Below are positions 29,702 to 39,043 of a stretch of 39,694 bases of DNA, piece after piece. A program made the position numbers and the translations under genes. Each line of letters starts with the position of its first letter. The stretch's first letter is position 1. The notes beneath the pieces were generated by a model. The model did not search any database. It was not told the DNA's origin and saw only the letters and a program-made list of their open reading frames with translations. The DNA is from Thiobacillaceae bacterium (lineage in GTDB: Bacteria; Pseudomonadota; Gammaproteobacteria; Burkholderiales; Thiobacillaceae). The stretch covers positions 1 to 39,694 of the forward strand of contig JBKBRS010000002.1 in assembly GCA_046292095.1 (NCBI GenBank). The letters run 5' to 3'.

Positions 29702-32350
29702 ATGGACAGCGTGCGCACCACCTGCCCCTATTGCGGCGTCGGCTGCGGCGTCCTGGTGAGCGCCACCGCCACGGGTTATCGTGTGCAGGGCGACCCGGAA
29801 CACCCGGCCAACCGCGGGCGGCTTTGCGCCAAAGGCGCGGCCCTGGCCGAGACCCTGGACCTCGAGACCCGTCTCTTGCATCCGCAGGTCGAGGGCCGCC
29901 GCGTCGACTGGGACACCGCGCTCGACACCGTGGCACAGCGCTTCCAGGCGATCATCGCCGAGCACGGGCCGCAGGCCGTGGCCTTCTACGTCTCCGGCCA
30001 GCTCCTGACCGAGGACTATTACGTCGCCAACAAGCTGGCCAAGGGCTTCATCGGCACCGCCAACATCGACACCAACTCGCGCCTCTGCATGGCCTCGGCG
30101 GTGGCCGGCCACAAGCGTGCCTTCGGCGAGGACGTGGTGCCGGGGTGCTATGAGGACATCGAGCTCGCTGACCTGGTGGTCTTTGTCGGCTCCAACGCCG
30201 CCTGGACTCACCCGGTGCTCTACCAGCGCCTCAGCACCGCCAAGACGGCGCGCCCCGGGCTCAAGGTGGTGGTCATCGACCCGCGCCGTACCGCCACGGC
30301 GGAACTGGCCGATCTGCACCTGCCGATCGCCCCGGGCACCGATGCCTGGCTGTTCAACGGCCTGCTCGCCCACCTGCGGCGCGAGGGCGGTATCGACTGG
30401 GCCTATCTGGAGGCCCATGTCGAGGGCTTCGCCGCCGCCTTCAGCGCCAGCGAAGGGTTGGACGCCGCCCGCGTCGCCCATGCCTGCGGGTTATCCGAGG
30501 CCGACGTGACCACCTTCTATCGCTGGTTCGCCGCCACGCCTCGCAGCGTCACCCTGTTCTCACAGGGCATCAACCAGTCCTCTTCCGGGGTGGACAAGGT
30601 CAACGCCATCCTCAACGTGCATCTGGCCAGCGGCCGCATCGGCCGGCCCGGTGCCGCCCCCTTCTCACTCACCGGCCAGCCCAATGCCATGGGCGGGCGT
30701 GAGGTCGGCGCCCTGGCCAACCAGCTCGCCGCGCACATGGATTTCAGTCCCGAAGCGGTCGCCCGGCTGCGCCGTTTCTGGCAGGCGCCAAGGCTGGCCG
30801 AGCGCCCGGGTCTCAAGGCCGTGGACTTGTTCGCGGCGGTCGGCCGCGGCGAGGTCCGCGCCCTCTGGATCATGGCCACCAACCCGGCGGTCAGCCTGCC
30901 GGAGGCCGATGGCGTCGTGCAGGCCCTGCAGCGCTGTGAATTCCTGGTGGTATCCGACGTCACCGCCAAGACCGATACCGCCCGCCATGCCCACGTCCTG
31001 CTGCCGGCTGCCGCCTGGGGGGAGAAGGACGGCACGGTGACCAACTCGGAGCGGCGCATCTCGCGCCAGCGCGCCTTCCTGCCCCTGCCCGGCGAGGCCC
31101 GCCCCGACTGGTGGATCGTCTGCGAGGTGGCGCGGCGCATGGGGTTTGCCGACGCCTTCGCCTACCGCGGGCCGGCCGACATCTTCCGCGAGCACGCGCG
31201 TCTGACCGCGACTGAGAACGGCGGCGCGCGCCGGCTCGACCTCGGCGCGCTGGCGGCGCTGGACGCTGCAGGCTACGACCGACTCGCGCCGGTGCAATGG
31301 CCGTTGCGCGAGCCGGGCGCAGGCCTGCCGCGCCTGTTCGCCTCTGGCGGCTTCCCCACAGGAAGCGGCAAGGCGCGCATGCTGCCGATCGCGCCGCGCC
31401 TGCCGGCACACCTGCCGGATGCCAGGCTGCCCCTGCTGCTCAACACCGGCCGCGTGCGCGACCAGTGGCACACCATGACGCGCACCGGCCTCTCCGCCCG
31501 CCTGTTCGCCCATGTCGCGGAACCCTTCGTCGCCCTGCACCCCGAAGACCTGCGCGCCCGAGGCCTCGCCGCCGGCGACCTCGCCCGCGTGGCCAATACC
31601 AACGGCGAGATCGTGGTCCGCGTGGTGGAAGACGCCGGGCAGCGTCCCGGCACTATCTTCGTGCCCATGCACTGGAACGCCCGTTTCGCCGCCCAGGCGC
31701 GGGTCGGCGCCCTGGTGACAGCGGTCACCGACCCCATCTCCGGCCAGCCCGAGTTCAAACAGGTGCCGGTCGAGGTCACCCCCTACCCGGCCGCCTGGCA
31801 CGGCTTCCTACTCACCCGCGCCGAGCCGCAAGAGATCGGCGTCGCCTACTGGAGCGCGGTCCGCCGTGAGGACTGTTGGCGGGTGGAGCTGGCGGGAGAA
31901 GACATCGGCGGCCCGAACGCCGCCTGGATCGAGCGCTGGCTCGGTGGCGGCGGAGAGCGCATGGAGCTGCACGATGCCGCCGCCGGCCGTTACCGTGCCG
32001 CCTGTATCCGCGCCGGCCGCCTGGAGGCCGTGCTGTTCATCGAGTCGCAGCCCGCGGCCCTGCCGCCGCGCGCCTGGCTGGAATCGCTGTTCGCCCAGGG
32101 AAAGCTCGACGACGCCGAGCGTGCCGGCCTGCTTGTCGGCCGTGCCGGCCGCATGGCAGACGACGGCCGCATCGTCTGCGCCTGTCATGGCGTCGGCGAG
32201 CGCAGACTGGTCGCCGCCATCGCCGCCGGGGCGACCAGCGTCGAGGCGCTGGGGGAGCGGGTCAAGGCCGGCACCGGCTGCGGCGCCTGTGTGCCGGAGC
32301 TGCGTACCCTGCTCGCCCGCAGCCGTCAGGGCCAGGCGATCCCGGTATGA
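29702..32350 (+). CDS. nasA: Assimilatory nitrate reductase, molybdopterin catalytic subunit with C-terminal BFD-like 2Fe-2S domain
   Basis: N-terminal 'CPYCGVGCGV' 4Fe-4S motif, MopB fold, C-terminal 'CACHGV...GCGACVPEL'. Confidence 0.95.
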   Translation: MDSVRTTCPYCGVGCGVLVSATATGYRVQGDPEHPANRGRLCAKGAALAETLDLETRLLHPQVEGRRVDWDTALDTVAQRFQAIIAEHGPQAVAFYVSGQLLTEDYYVANKLAKGFIGTANIDTNSRLCMASAVAGHKRAFGEDVVPGCYEDIELADLVVFVGSNAAWTHPVLYQRLSTAKTARPGLKVVVIDPRRTATAELADLHLPIAPGTDAWLFNGLLAHLRREGGIDWAYLEAHVEGFAAAFSASEGLDAARVAHACGLSEADVTTFYRWFAATPRSVTLFSQGINQSSSGVDKVNAILNVHLASGRIGRPGAAPFSLTGQPNAMGGREVGALANQLAAHMDFSPEAVARLRRFWQAPRLAERPGLKAVDLFAAVGRGEVRALWIMATNPAVSLPEADGVVQALQRCEFLVVSDVTAKTDTARHAHVLLPAAAWGEKDGTVTNSERRISRQRAFLPLPGEARPDWWIVCEVARRMGFADAFAYRGPADIFREHARLTATENGGARRLDLGALAALDAAGYDRLAPVQWPLREPGAGLPRLFASGGFPTGSGKARMLPIAPRLPAHLPDARLPLLLNTGRVRDQWHTMTRTGLSARLFAHVAEPFVALHPEDLRARGLAAGDLARVANTNGEIVVRVVEDAGQRPGTIFVPMHWNARFAAQARVGALVTAVTDPISGQPEFKQVPVEVTPYPAAWHGFLLTRAEPQEIGVAYWSAVRREDCWRVELAGEDIGGPNAAWIERWLGGGGERMELHDAAAGRYRAACIRAGRLEAVLFIESQPAALPPRAWLESLFAQGKLDDAERAGLLVGRAGRMADDGRIVCACHGVGERRLVAAIAAGATSVEALGERVKAGTGCGACVPELRTLLARSRQGQAIPV

Positions 32351-32383
32351 CATTGGCACGCGTTTTGCGTGTCCTCGCCTGCC

Positions 32384-32992
32384 ATGCCGCCTCGCAAAAC
32401 ACCCGGCACTTCCTCCGAAACCCTGCGGGTGATGATCGTGGACAGCGACCCCGAGCGCAGCCGCAACCTGCGCGGCGCGCTAACGCTGGCCGGCTACCAC
32501 GTGGTGGCGGAACTGCGTGAATCCATCGCCCTGCCCGATGCCGTGCAGAGCCTCAAGCCGCACATCGTCATCGTCGCCGCCGACTCCCCGGACAGGGATA
32601 CCCTCGAACACATCAGCCTGACCACCCGCAACGCACCGCGGCCGGTGATCATGTTCACCCAGGACGGGGGAGCCGACACCATCCGCGCGGCGGTCAAGGC
32701 CGGGGTGTCCGCCTATGTGGTCGATGGGCTGAGCCCCGAGCGCATCCGTCCCATCCTCGAGGTCGCCTGTGCCCGTTTCGAGGCGCATCAAGCCCTGACC
32801 GAGCGCCTCGCCGAGGCCGAGCGGCGATTGGCAGAACGCACGGCGGTCGAGCGGGCCAAGGGTCTGCTCATGCAGCGGCGTGGCCTGTCCGAGGAGGCGG
32901 CCTACCGCGAGCTGCGCCGGCTGGCCATGCAGACCGGCAAGCGCCTGGGCGAGGTGGCCGAGACCCTGCTCGCCGCCGCGCACCTCCTTTGA
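32384..32992 (+). CDS. nasT: ANTAR-domain antiterminator with receiver-like domain
   Basis: REC-like N-terminus ('RVMIVDSD') and ANTAR 'ERAKGLLMQRRGLSEEAAYRELRRLAMQTGKRLGEVAE'. ATG 32384 is preferred over the alternative start at 32369. Confidence 0.9.
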   Translation: MPPRKTPGTSSETLRVMIVDSDPERSRNLRGALTLAGYHVVAELRESIALPDAVQSLKPHIVIVAADSPDRDTLEHISLTTRNAPRPVIMFTQDGGADTIRAAVKAGVSAYVVDGLSPERIRPILEVACARFEAHQALTERLAEAERRLAERTAVERAKGLLMQRRGLSEEAAYRELRRLAMQTGKRLGEVAETLLAAAHLL

Positions 32993-33011
32993 GCCCGCAA
33001 CGGGTGCATCC

Positions 33012-33028
33012 CGCACCAAGGGCGTGCG
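33012..33028. promoter_or_regulatory. Possible NtrC-type site upstream of nrtA
   Basis: cGCACC-aaggg-CGTGCg keeps the GCAC-N7-GTGC core. About 90 bp upstream of the sigma-54 promoter. Confidence 0.35.
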
Positions 33029-33115
33029 CAACGACCGCACATCCACCCCGCCAAACGACGCCAAAACCGCGACAAACCCATGAATCGAAACGACTTCCCC
33101 CGCCATCATGAGGGT

Positions 33116-33131
33116 TGGCACGCATCCTGCT
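33116..33131 (+). promoter_or_regulatory. Sigma-54 promoter of nrtABD-nasS
   Basis: TGGCACgcatcCTGCT with GG/GC spacing of exactly 12 nt. Confidence 0.6.
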
Positions 33132-33178
33132 AGGATACCCACGAAACCCGTCTACGCTCGGGGTTTTCAGCAGCTTCA

Positions 33179-33212
33179 GCACCAGTGTCGGTGCGTTTGG
33201 ACAACGGCGTCC
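33179..33212 (+). promoter_or_regulatory. Dual-hairpin ANTAR (NasT) target in the nrtA leader
   Basis: P1 is GCACC-AGTGTC-GGTGC, P2 is GGAC-AACGGC-GTCC, 4 nt apart. Both hexaloops have A at position 1 and G at position 4. Confidence 0.6.
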
Positions 33213-33253
33213 TGCCCCGCGGCCCTGCCGCGTCGGTCAGACGCCATTTTTTT
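33206..33253 (+). terminator. Leader intrinsic terminator upstream of nrtA
   Basis: GGCGTC...(inner CGCGG-ccctg-CCGCG)...GACGCC followed by A-T7, then GGAG and ATG 33265. The 5' arm overlaps P2. Confidence 0.65.
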
Positions 33254-33264
33254 GGAGTTAAGCC

Positions 33265-34554
33265 ATGTCTGAGGATATGCATCATCCCGCCGCCACCTCC
33301 GCGCCGGAGGAGGCCGTGCGCCCAGACCGCCGCGAGTTCCTCCGCGCGAGCACGGCACTGTCCGCCGCCGCACTCCTGAGCTTGCTGCCCCCCGGCGTGC
33401 GCAGCGCCGCCTGGGCCGCCGGCAGCGACGCCCCGGAGAAGACGGCGGTGAAGATCGGTTTCATCCCGCTCACCGACTGCGCCAGCGTGGTGATCGCTGC
33501 CGAGAAGGGCTTCGACAAGAAATACGGCCTCAAGATCGTGCCCTCCAAGGAGGCCTCCTGGGCCGGGGTGCGCGACAAACTGGTCAACGGCGAGCTGGAC
33601 GCCGCGCATGTGCTCTACGGCCTGATCTATGGCCTGCAACTGGGCGTGGCCGGCCCTCGGAAGGACATGGCCGTGCTCATGAGCATCAACCAAAACGGCC
33701 AGGGCATCACGCTCAACAACCAGCTCAGGGCCAAGGGCGTCACCGACGGCACCGGTCTGGCCAAGCTGGTCAAGGCCGAACCCAAGGAATGGACCTTTGC
33801 CCAGACCTTCCCCACCGGCACCCACGCCATGTGGCTGTACTACTGGATGGGCGCCTACGGCATCGATCCCTTCCGCGACGTGAAGGTCATCACCGTGCCG
33901 CCGCCACAGATGGTGGCCAACATGCGCGTGGACAAGATGGATGGCTATTGCGTGGGCGAACCCTGGAACGCGCGCGCCATCCACGACCGGATCGGCTTCG
34001 CCGCCGCCACCAGCCAGGACATCTGGGCAGACCACCCGGAGAAGGTGCTGGGCGCCACCCTGGAGTTCGTGCAGAAATACCCCAACACCGCCCGCGCCAT
34101 GATCGCCGCCCTCCTCGATGCCTCGAAGTACATCGACACCATGGCCAACCGCGCCGAGGTGGCGCGCATCATCGCCGGCAAGGCCTATGTGAACACCGAG
34201 GTTGAAGTCATCGAGGGCCGCATGCTCGGCCAGTACGAAAATGGCCTGGGCCGCAAGTGGCAGGACAAGAACTCCATGAAGTTCTACGACGACGGCGCGG
34301 TCAACTTCCCCTATCTATCGGACGGCATGTGGTTCCTCACCCAGCACAAGCGCTGGGGGCTGTTGAAGGTGCACCCGGACTACCTGGGCGTGGCCAAGAA
34401 GGTGAACCAGATCGCCCTGTACAGGGATGCCGCTGCCCTGACCAAGACCCCACTGCCCAGGTCGGAGATGCGCAGCGCCCGCCTCATCGACGGCGTGGTC
34501 TGGGATGGCGGCAATCCCAAGGCCTATGCCGACGCCTTCAAGGTGAAGGCATGA
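33265..34554 (+). CDS. nrtA: Nitrate ABC transporter periplasmic substrate-binding protein (Tat signal)
   Basis: 'RREFLRAS' twin-arginine signal and NrtA/SsuA-type fold ('IGFIPLTDCA', 'GYCVGEPWN'). Confidence 0.92.
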   Translation: MSEDMHHPAATSAPEEAVRPDRREFLRASTALSAAALLSLLPPGVRSAAWAAGSDAPEKTAVKIGFIPLTDCASVVIAAEKGFDKKYGLKIVPSKEASWAGVRDKLVNGELDAAHVLYGLIYGLQLGVAGPRKDMAVLMSINQNGQGITLNNQLRAKGVTDGTGLAKLVKAEPKEWTFAQTFPTGTHAMWLYYWMGAYGIDPFRDVKVITVPPPQMVANMRVDKMDGYCVGEPWNARAIHDRIGFAAATSQDIWADHPEKVLGATLEFVQKYPNTARAMIAALLDASKYIDTMANRAEVARIIAGKAYVNTEVEVIEGRMLGQYENGLGRKWQDKNSMKFYDDGAVNFPYLSDGMWFLTQHKRWGLLKVHPDYLGVAKKVNQIALYRDAAALTKTPLPRSEMRSARLIDGVVWDGGNPKAYADAFKVKA

Positions 34555-34615
34555 TGCCCCGACCGCCCGACCTTGCGCGCGCCAGGCGCTCCAACAAGCA
34601 ACACAGGAGAGAGAA

Positions 34616-35545
34616 ATGAACGCAGTGACCCTCGACGAAGCTCGTTTGCACGAGATCATGCACGACCCCTCCACCCAACCCCTCACATCCGCGGTCGCGG
34701 CAGACGGGGCCGCGCCCAGACCGCGCCCCACCCCTTGGCTGCAGACCGCCAGCGGCCAGGCCTTCACGGCGGCCCTGGGGCGCTGGTTGCGCGCGGCGAT
34801 ACCGCCCGCCTTCGGCCTCGGGCTGTTCGTGCTGTTCTGGCACCTCGTTTCGGTGAGCAGCAGCGAGCCGGGGCTACCGGGTCCGGCCAAGACCTGGGCC
34901 GCGGCGCAGGCGCTGTTCGCCGATCCTTTCTACGACAACGGCCCCAACGACCAGGGCATCGGCTGGAACATCCTCAACTCCCTCTACCGCGTCGGCGCGG
35001 GCTTCGGTCTGGCCGCCCTGGTGGGCATCCCGCTGGGCTTCATGATCGGTCGCTTCGCCTTTCTCTCCGGCATGCTGGCACCCATCATAAGCCTGCTCAG
35101 GCCGGTCTCGCCGCTCGCCTGGCTGCCCATCGGGTTGTACGTGTTCAAGGAAACCGAGCCGGCCAGCCTCTGGGTGATCTTCATCTCCAGCATCTGGCCC
35201 ATCCTCCTCAACACCGCCGCCGGGGTGTCGCGCGTGCCGCAGGACTATCTGAATGTGGCGCGGGTGCTCAACCTCTCGGAGTGGAAGATCTTCACCCGCA
35301 TCCTCTTTCCCTCTGTGCTGCCGCACATGATGACCGGCATCCGGCTGTCCATCGGCGTGGCCTGGCTGGTGATCGTCGCCGCCGAGATGCTGACCGGCGG
35401 CTCTGGTCTGGGCTTCTGGGTGTGGGACGAGTGGAACAACTTGAACGTCGAGCACATCCTGATCGCCATCTTCATCGTCGGCATCGTCGGGCTCGCGCTG
35501 GAGCAGGCCCTGATGCTGCTGGCCAGGCGGTTCGAATATGCCTGA
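34616..35545 (+). CDS. nrtB: Nitrate ABC transporter permease
   Basis: Polytopic BPD-transporter fold. AGGAGAG precedes ATG 34616. Confidence 0.92.
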   Translation: MNAVTLDEARLHEIMHDPSTQPLTSAVAADGAAPRPRPTPWLQTASGQAFTAALGRWLRAAIPPAFGLGLFVLFWHLVSVSSSEPGLPGPAKTWAAAQALFADPFYDNGPNDQGIGWNILNSLYRVGAGFGLAALVGIPLGFMIGRFAFLSGMLAPIISLLRPVSPLAWLPIGLYVFKETEPASLWVIFISSIWPILLNTAAGVSRVPQDYLNVARVLNLSEWKIFTRILFPSVLPHMMTGIRLSIGVAWLVIVAAEMLTGGSGLGFWVWDEWNNLNVEHILIAIFIVGIVGLALEQALMLLARRFEYA

Positions 35546-35597
35546 AGTTCGCGTCCGACGCCGGCCAGATATACCAAACCCCACAGGAGTCAACCCA

Positions 35598-36389
<792 letters not shown>

Positions 36390-36391
36390 GC

Positions 36392-37536
36392 ATGAGCGAA
36401 CCGCGCCCGGTGCGGGTGGGTTACATCCTGCTGACCGGCTGTGCCCCGGTCGTGATGGCGTCGCTCAAGGGCCATGATCGCCGCCACGGCATCCGGATCG
36501 AGCTCACGCGCGCCCCATCCTGGGCCGCCATCCGCGATGGGTTGATCACTGGTGCGCTCGACGCCGCCCATGCCCTCTATGGGCTCGTCTATGGCGTGGA
36601 GATGGGTATCGGCATCCCCCCGCAGGCCATATGGCGGTGCTGATGACGCTCAACCGCAACGGCCAGGCCATCACCCTTGCGCGGCGGCTGTTCGAACGCG
36701 GCGTCATCGACGGCACTTCCCTTGCCCGCCTGATCCGCGCCGCCCCCCGTCGCTATACCTTCGCCCAGACCTTCCCCACCGGCACGCATGCCCTGTGGCT
36801 CTACTACTGGCTGGCAAGCCACGGCGTCCACCCCTTCCGCGACATCGGCAACCTGACCGTGCCACCGCCGCAGATGGTGGCGCACCTGGCCAGCGGCAGC
36901 ATCGACGGCTACTGCGCCGGCGAGCCCTGGAACGCCCTGGCCATCGAGCGCGGTGCCGGCTTCACGGTGGCGACGAGTCAGGGCATCTGGCCGGAGCACC
37001 CGGAGAAGGTGCTCGCCTGCGCCGAGGGCTTCGTCCAGAGACAGCCGGCAGTCGCCCGCGCCCTGATCAGGGCGGTGCTGGAGGCCTGTCGTGAGCTGGA
37101 CACCGAGCAGGGGCGCCGGGAGGCGGTGCAGGCCCTAGCCGGGCCGGACTACCTCGACGTACCGGCGACGGTCATGGAGGACCGGTTACAGGGGCGATAT
37201 GTGGACGGTCTCGGGGGTGCCTGGGTGGACGCCCACCCCGTACGCTTCCACGATGGCAAGCAGGTCAACTACCCTTGGCTCTCCGACGGCATGTGGTTCC
37301 TGACCCAATTCAAGCGCTGGGGTCTGCTCGCCTCACACCCGGACTACGTGGGCGTCGCCCGCCAGGTCAACCGGATCGGCCTCTACAGCGAGGCCGCCGA
37401 GCTGGGCATCCCCACCCCGGCGGCGGAGATGCGCAGCGCCGTGCTGCTGGACGGCCGGGTCTGGGATGGCGGCGCCCCACAGGCCTATGCCGAGGGTTTT
37501 GCCATCCACGGCATGAGGTGGCCGGACGCCGCTTGA
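36392..37536 (+). pseudogene. nasS: NrtA-like cytoplasmic nitrate sensor NasS, interrupted by a frameshift at a C6 run
   Basis: No signal peptide. Residues 1-75 are in one frame (..AAHALYGLVYGVEMGIGIPP) and continue (MAVLMTLNRNGQAITL...) in another. They are collinear with NrtA '..AAHVLYGLIYGLQLGVAGPRKDMAVLMSINQNGQGITL'. C6 at 36616-36621. Confidence 0.8.
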
Positions 37537-37585
37537 AGTGGCGCCGCCAAGGACCCAGGCCGGGTCGCACAGGACCCGAACCGCC

Positions 37586-38957
37586 TTACTTCGGCGACAC
37601 GCCCAGCGCCTTGATGGTCTCCATGTTGAGGAAGCCGTCTGTCGGCAGCCCCTTGGCCTTCTGGTATTCGGCCACGGCGGCCATGGTCGCGCCGTCGGCC
37701 TGGCCGTTGATCGGGCCTTTGTAAAAGCCGGCGCTGGCCAGCGCGCGTTGGATCTCGCCGATCTTCTCCGGGGTGGCGTTGACGTCGCACAGCACCTCGG
37801 TCTAATACACCGCCACCGGACAGACCATCCCCTCCTGCGGCACATCGGCGTATTCGGCCGGGATGGGAACGCGAACCTCGCGCGCCGGCTCGACCAGCTT
37901 CACCACCTCGCGCTCTTCGTACTCGGCCGGGATGGGGATGCGCAGCTCCTTGGCCGGCTCGACCATCACCATCACCTCGCGCTCGTAGTCCACCGGCACG
38001 GTCTTGGTGACGGTGGTAGCCGGCTTGACCATCTTGCGCACCTCGACCTCGGCGTACTCGGCCGGGATCTCGACCACACGGGTGGTGGCCGGTTTCTTCA
38101 GCACGCGCTTCTTGATGGTCTCATACTCGGCCGGGACGTCCTCGTAGCGGACGGTGGCCGGGGTCTTGAGCACTTGGCGGGTGACGGTCTCGTACACGGC
38201 GGGGACCTCGACCAGACACATGATCTGGCCCGAGGCCTCGTCCAGGCGCTGGATGGCGGTGTCGGTGCCGGGCTTCCACATGGTGTAGGCCTCGCGCACC
38301 AGCTTTTTCTCCGTCACCGTCTCATACACCGGCGGCATTTCGACGGCACGCTTGGAGGCAGGCTTGACCATGACGCGCTCCTCGACCTCCTCGTACCCGG
38401 CCGGCACCTCTTCGATGCGGGTGGAGGCCGGTTTCACGAGGACCTTCTCCTTGACCGTCTCATACACGGGCGGGATGACCTCCTGCACCTCTTCGCTGGT
38501 AACACGCACCTTCTGCGCCTTGTACACAGGCGGGATGATTTCGATCTTCTCGCTCGCCTCTTTGACCAGCTTGCGCACGGTCTCGGTGCGGAAGGTGGCA
38601 GGTCGCACGACCTTGGCGAAGCACTGGCCGGGGCGGGCGCCGGTGGGCAGATCGCCGACGATGGCCCCCGGCGGCAGCGCGCAGGGATCCGGCTTGGCCA
38701 CTGGCTGCGGGGGGGGCGACAGGGGCCTGCTCTTTCGCTTTCTCGGCCACCGGCGCCGGCACCGCCTCGGGACAGGGCGGGTCGAGCAGCTGACGCCCCG
38801 GGCAGCCGATGGTCTTGTATAGATCCTTGCCCGTGGTCACGCCGTCCGGGCTGGCGATGTTGGAGGGGTCGTAGAAGCGCCCGGTCTGGGCCTGTGACAG
38901 ACCGGCGGCGGCCAGGGCGAGGCTAAGCGAACTGAGCATCAGGAGGGATTTGCGCAT
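37586..38957 (-). pseudogene. Envelope protein with signal peptide, ten P-x-x-Y-E-type repeats and a C-terminal PG_binding_1 domain, disrupted by a frameshift and an in-frame TAG
   Basis: Three collinear ORF pieces. 38957-38710 holds the signal peptide 'MRKSLLMLSSLSLALAAAGLSQA'. 38701-37802 holds repeats such as 'IPPVYETV', 'VPAEYETI' and 'IPAEYEER'. 37795-37586 holds 'IGEIQRALASAGFYKGPINGQADGATMAAVAEYQKAKGL'. Confidence 0.75.
38709..38716. repeat. G8 (coding-strand C8) homopolymer at the frameshift site of the envelope gene
   Basis: Read directly. It is the longest G/C homopolymer I found in the window. Confidence 0.95.
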
Positions 38958-39043
38958 GGCGTTTTCCTTTCTTGACGTTGGACGAGGGAGAGCGGTAAGA
39001 CCATTCGGAATTTATTGGGACTGTAACCTTGAGGCATGACAGA

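Noticed and set aside
27342-29936. 864-aa ORF antisense to nirB, nirD and nasA
   Set aside because: Antisense artefact. It crosses three gene boundaries of a well-supported operon and has an extreme Arg/Gly/Pro composition.
37538-38926. 462-aa plus-strand ORF with periodic 'LDHL..LGRD' pattern
   Set aside because: Its periodicity is simply the mirror image of the P-x-x-Y-E repeats on the minus strand. It has no start context or domains.
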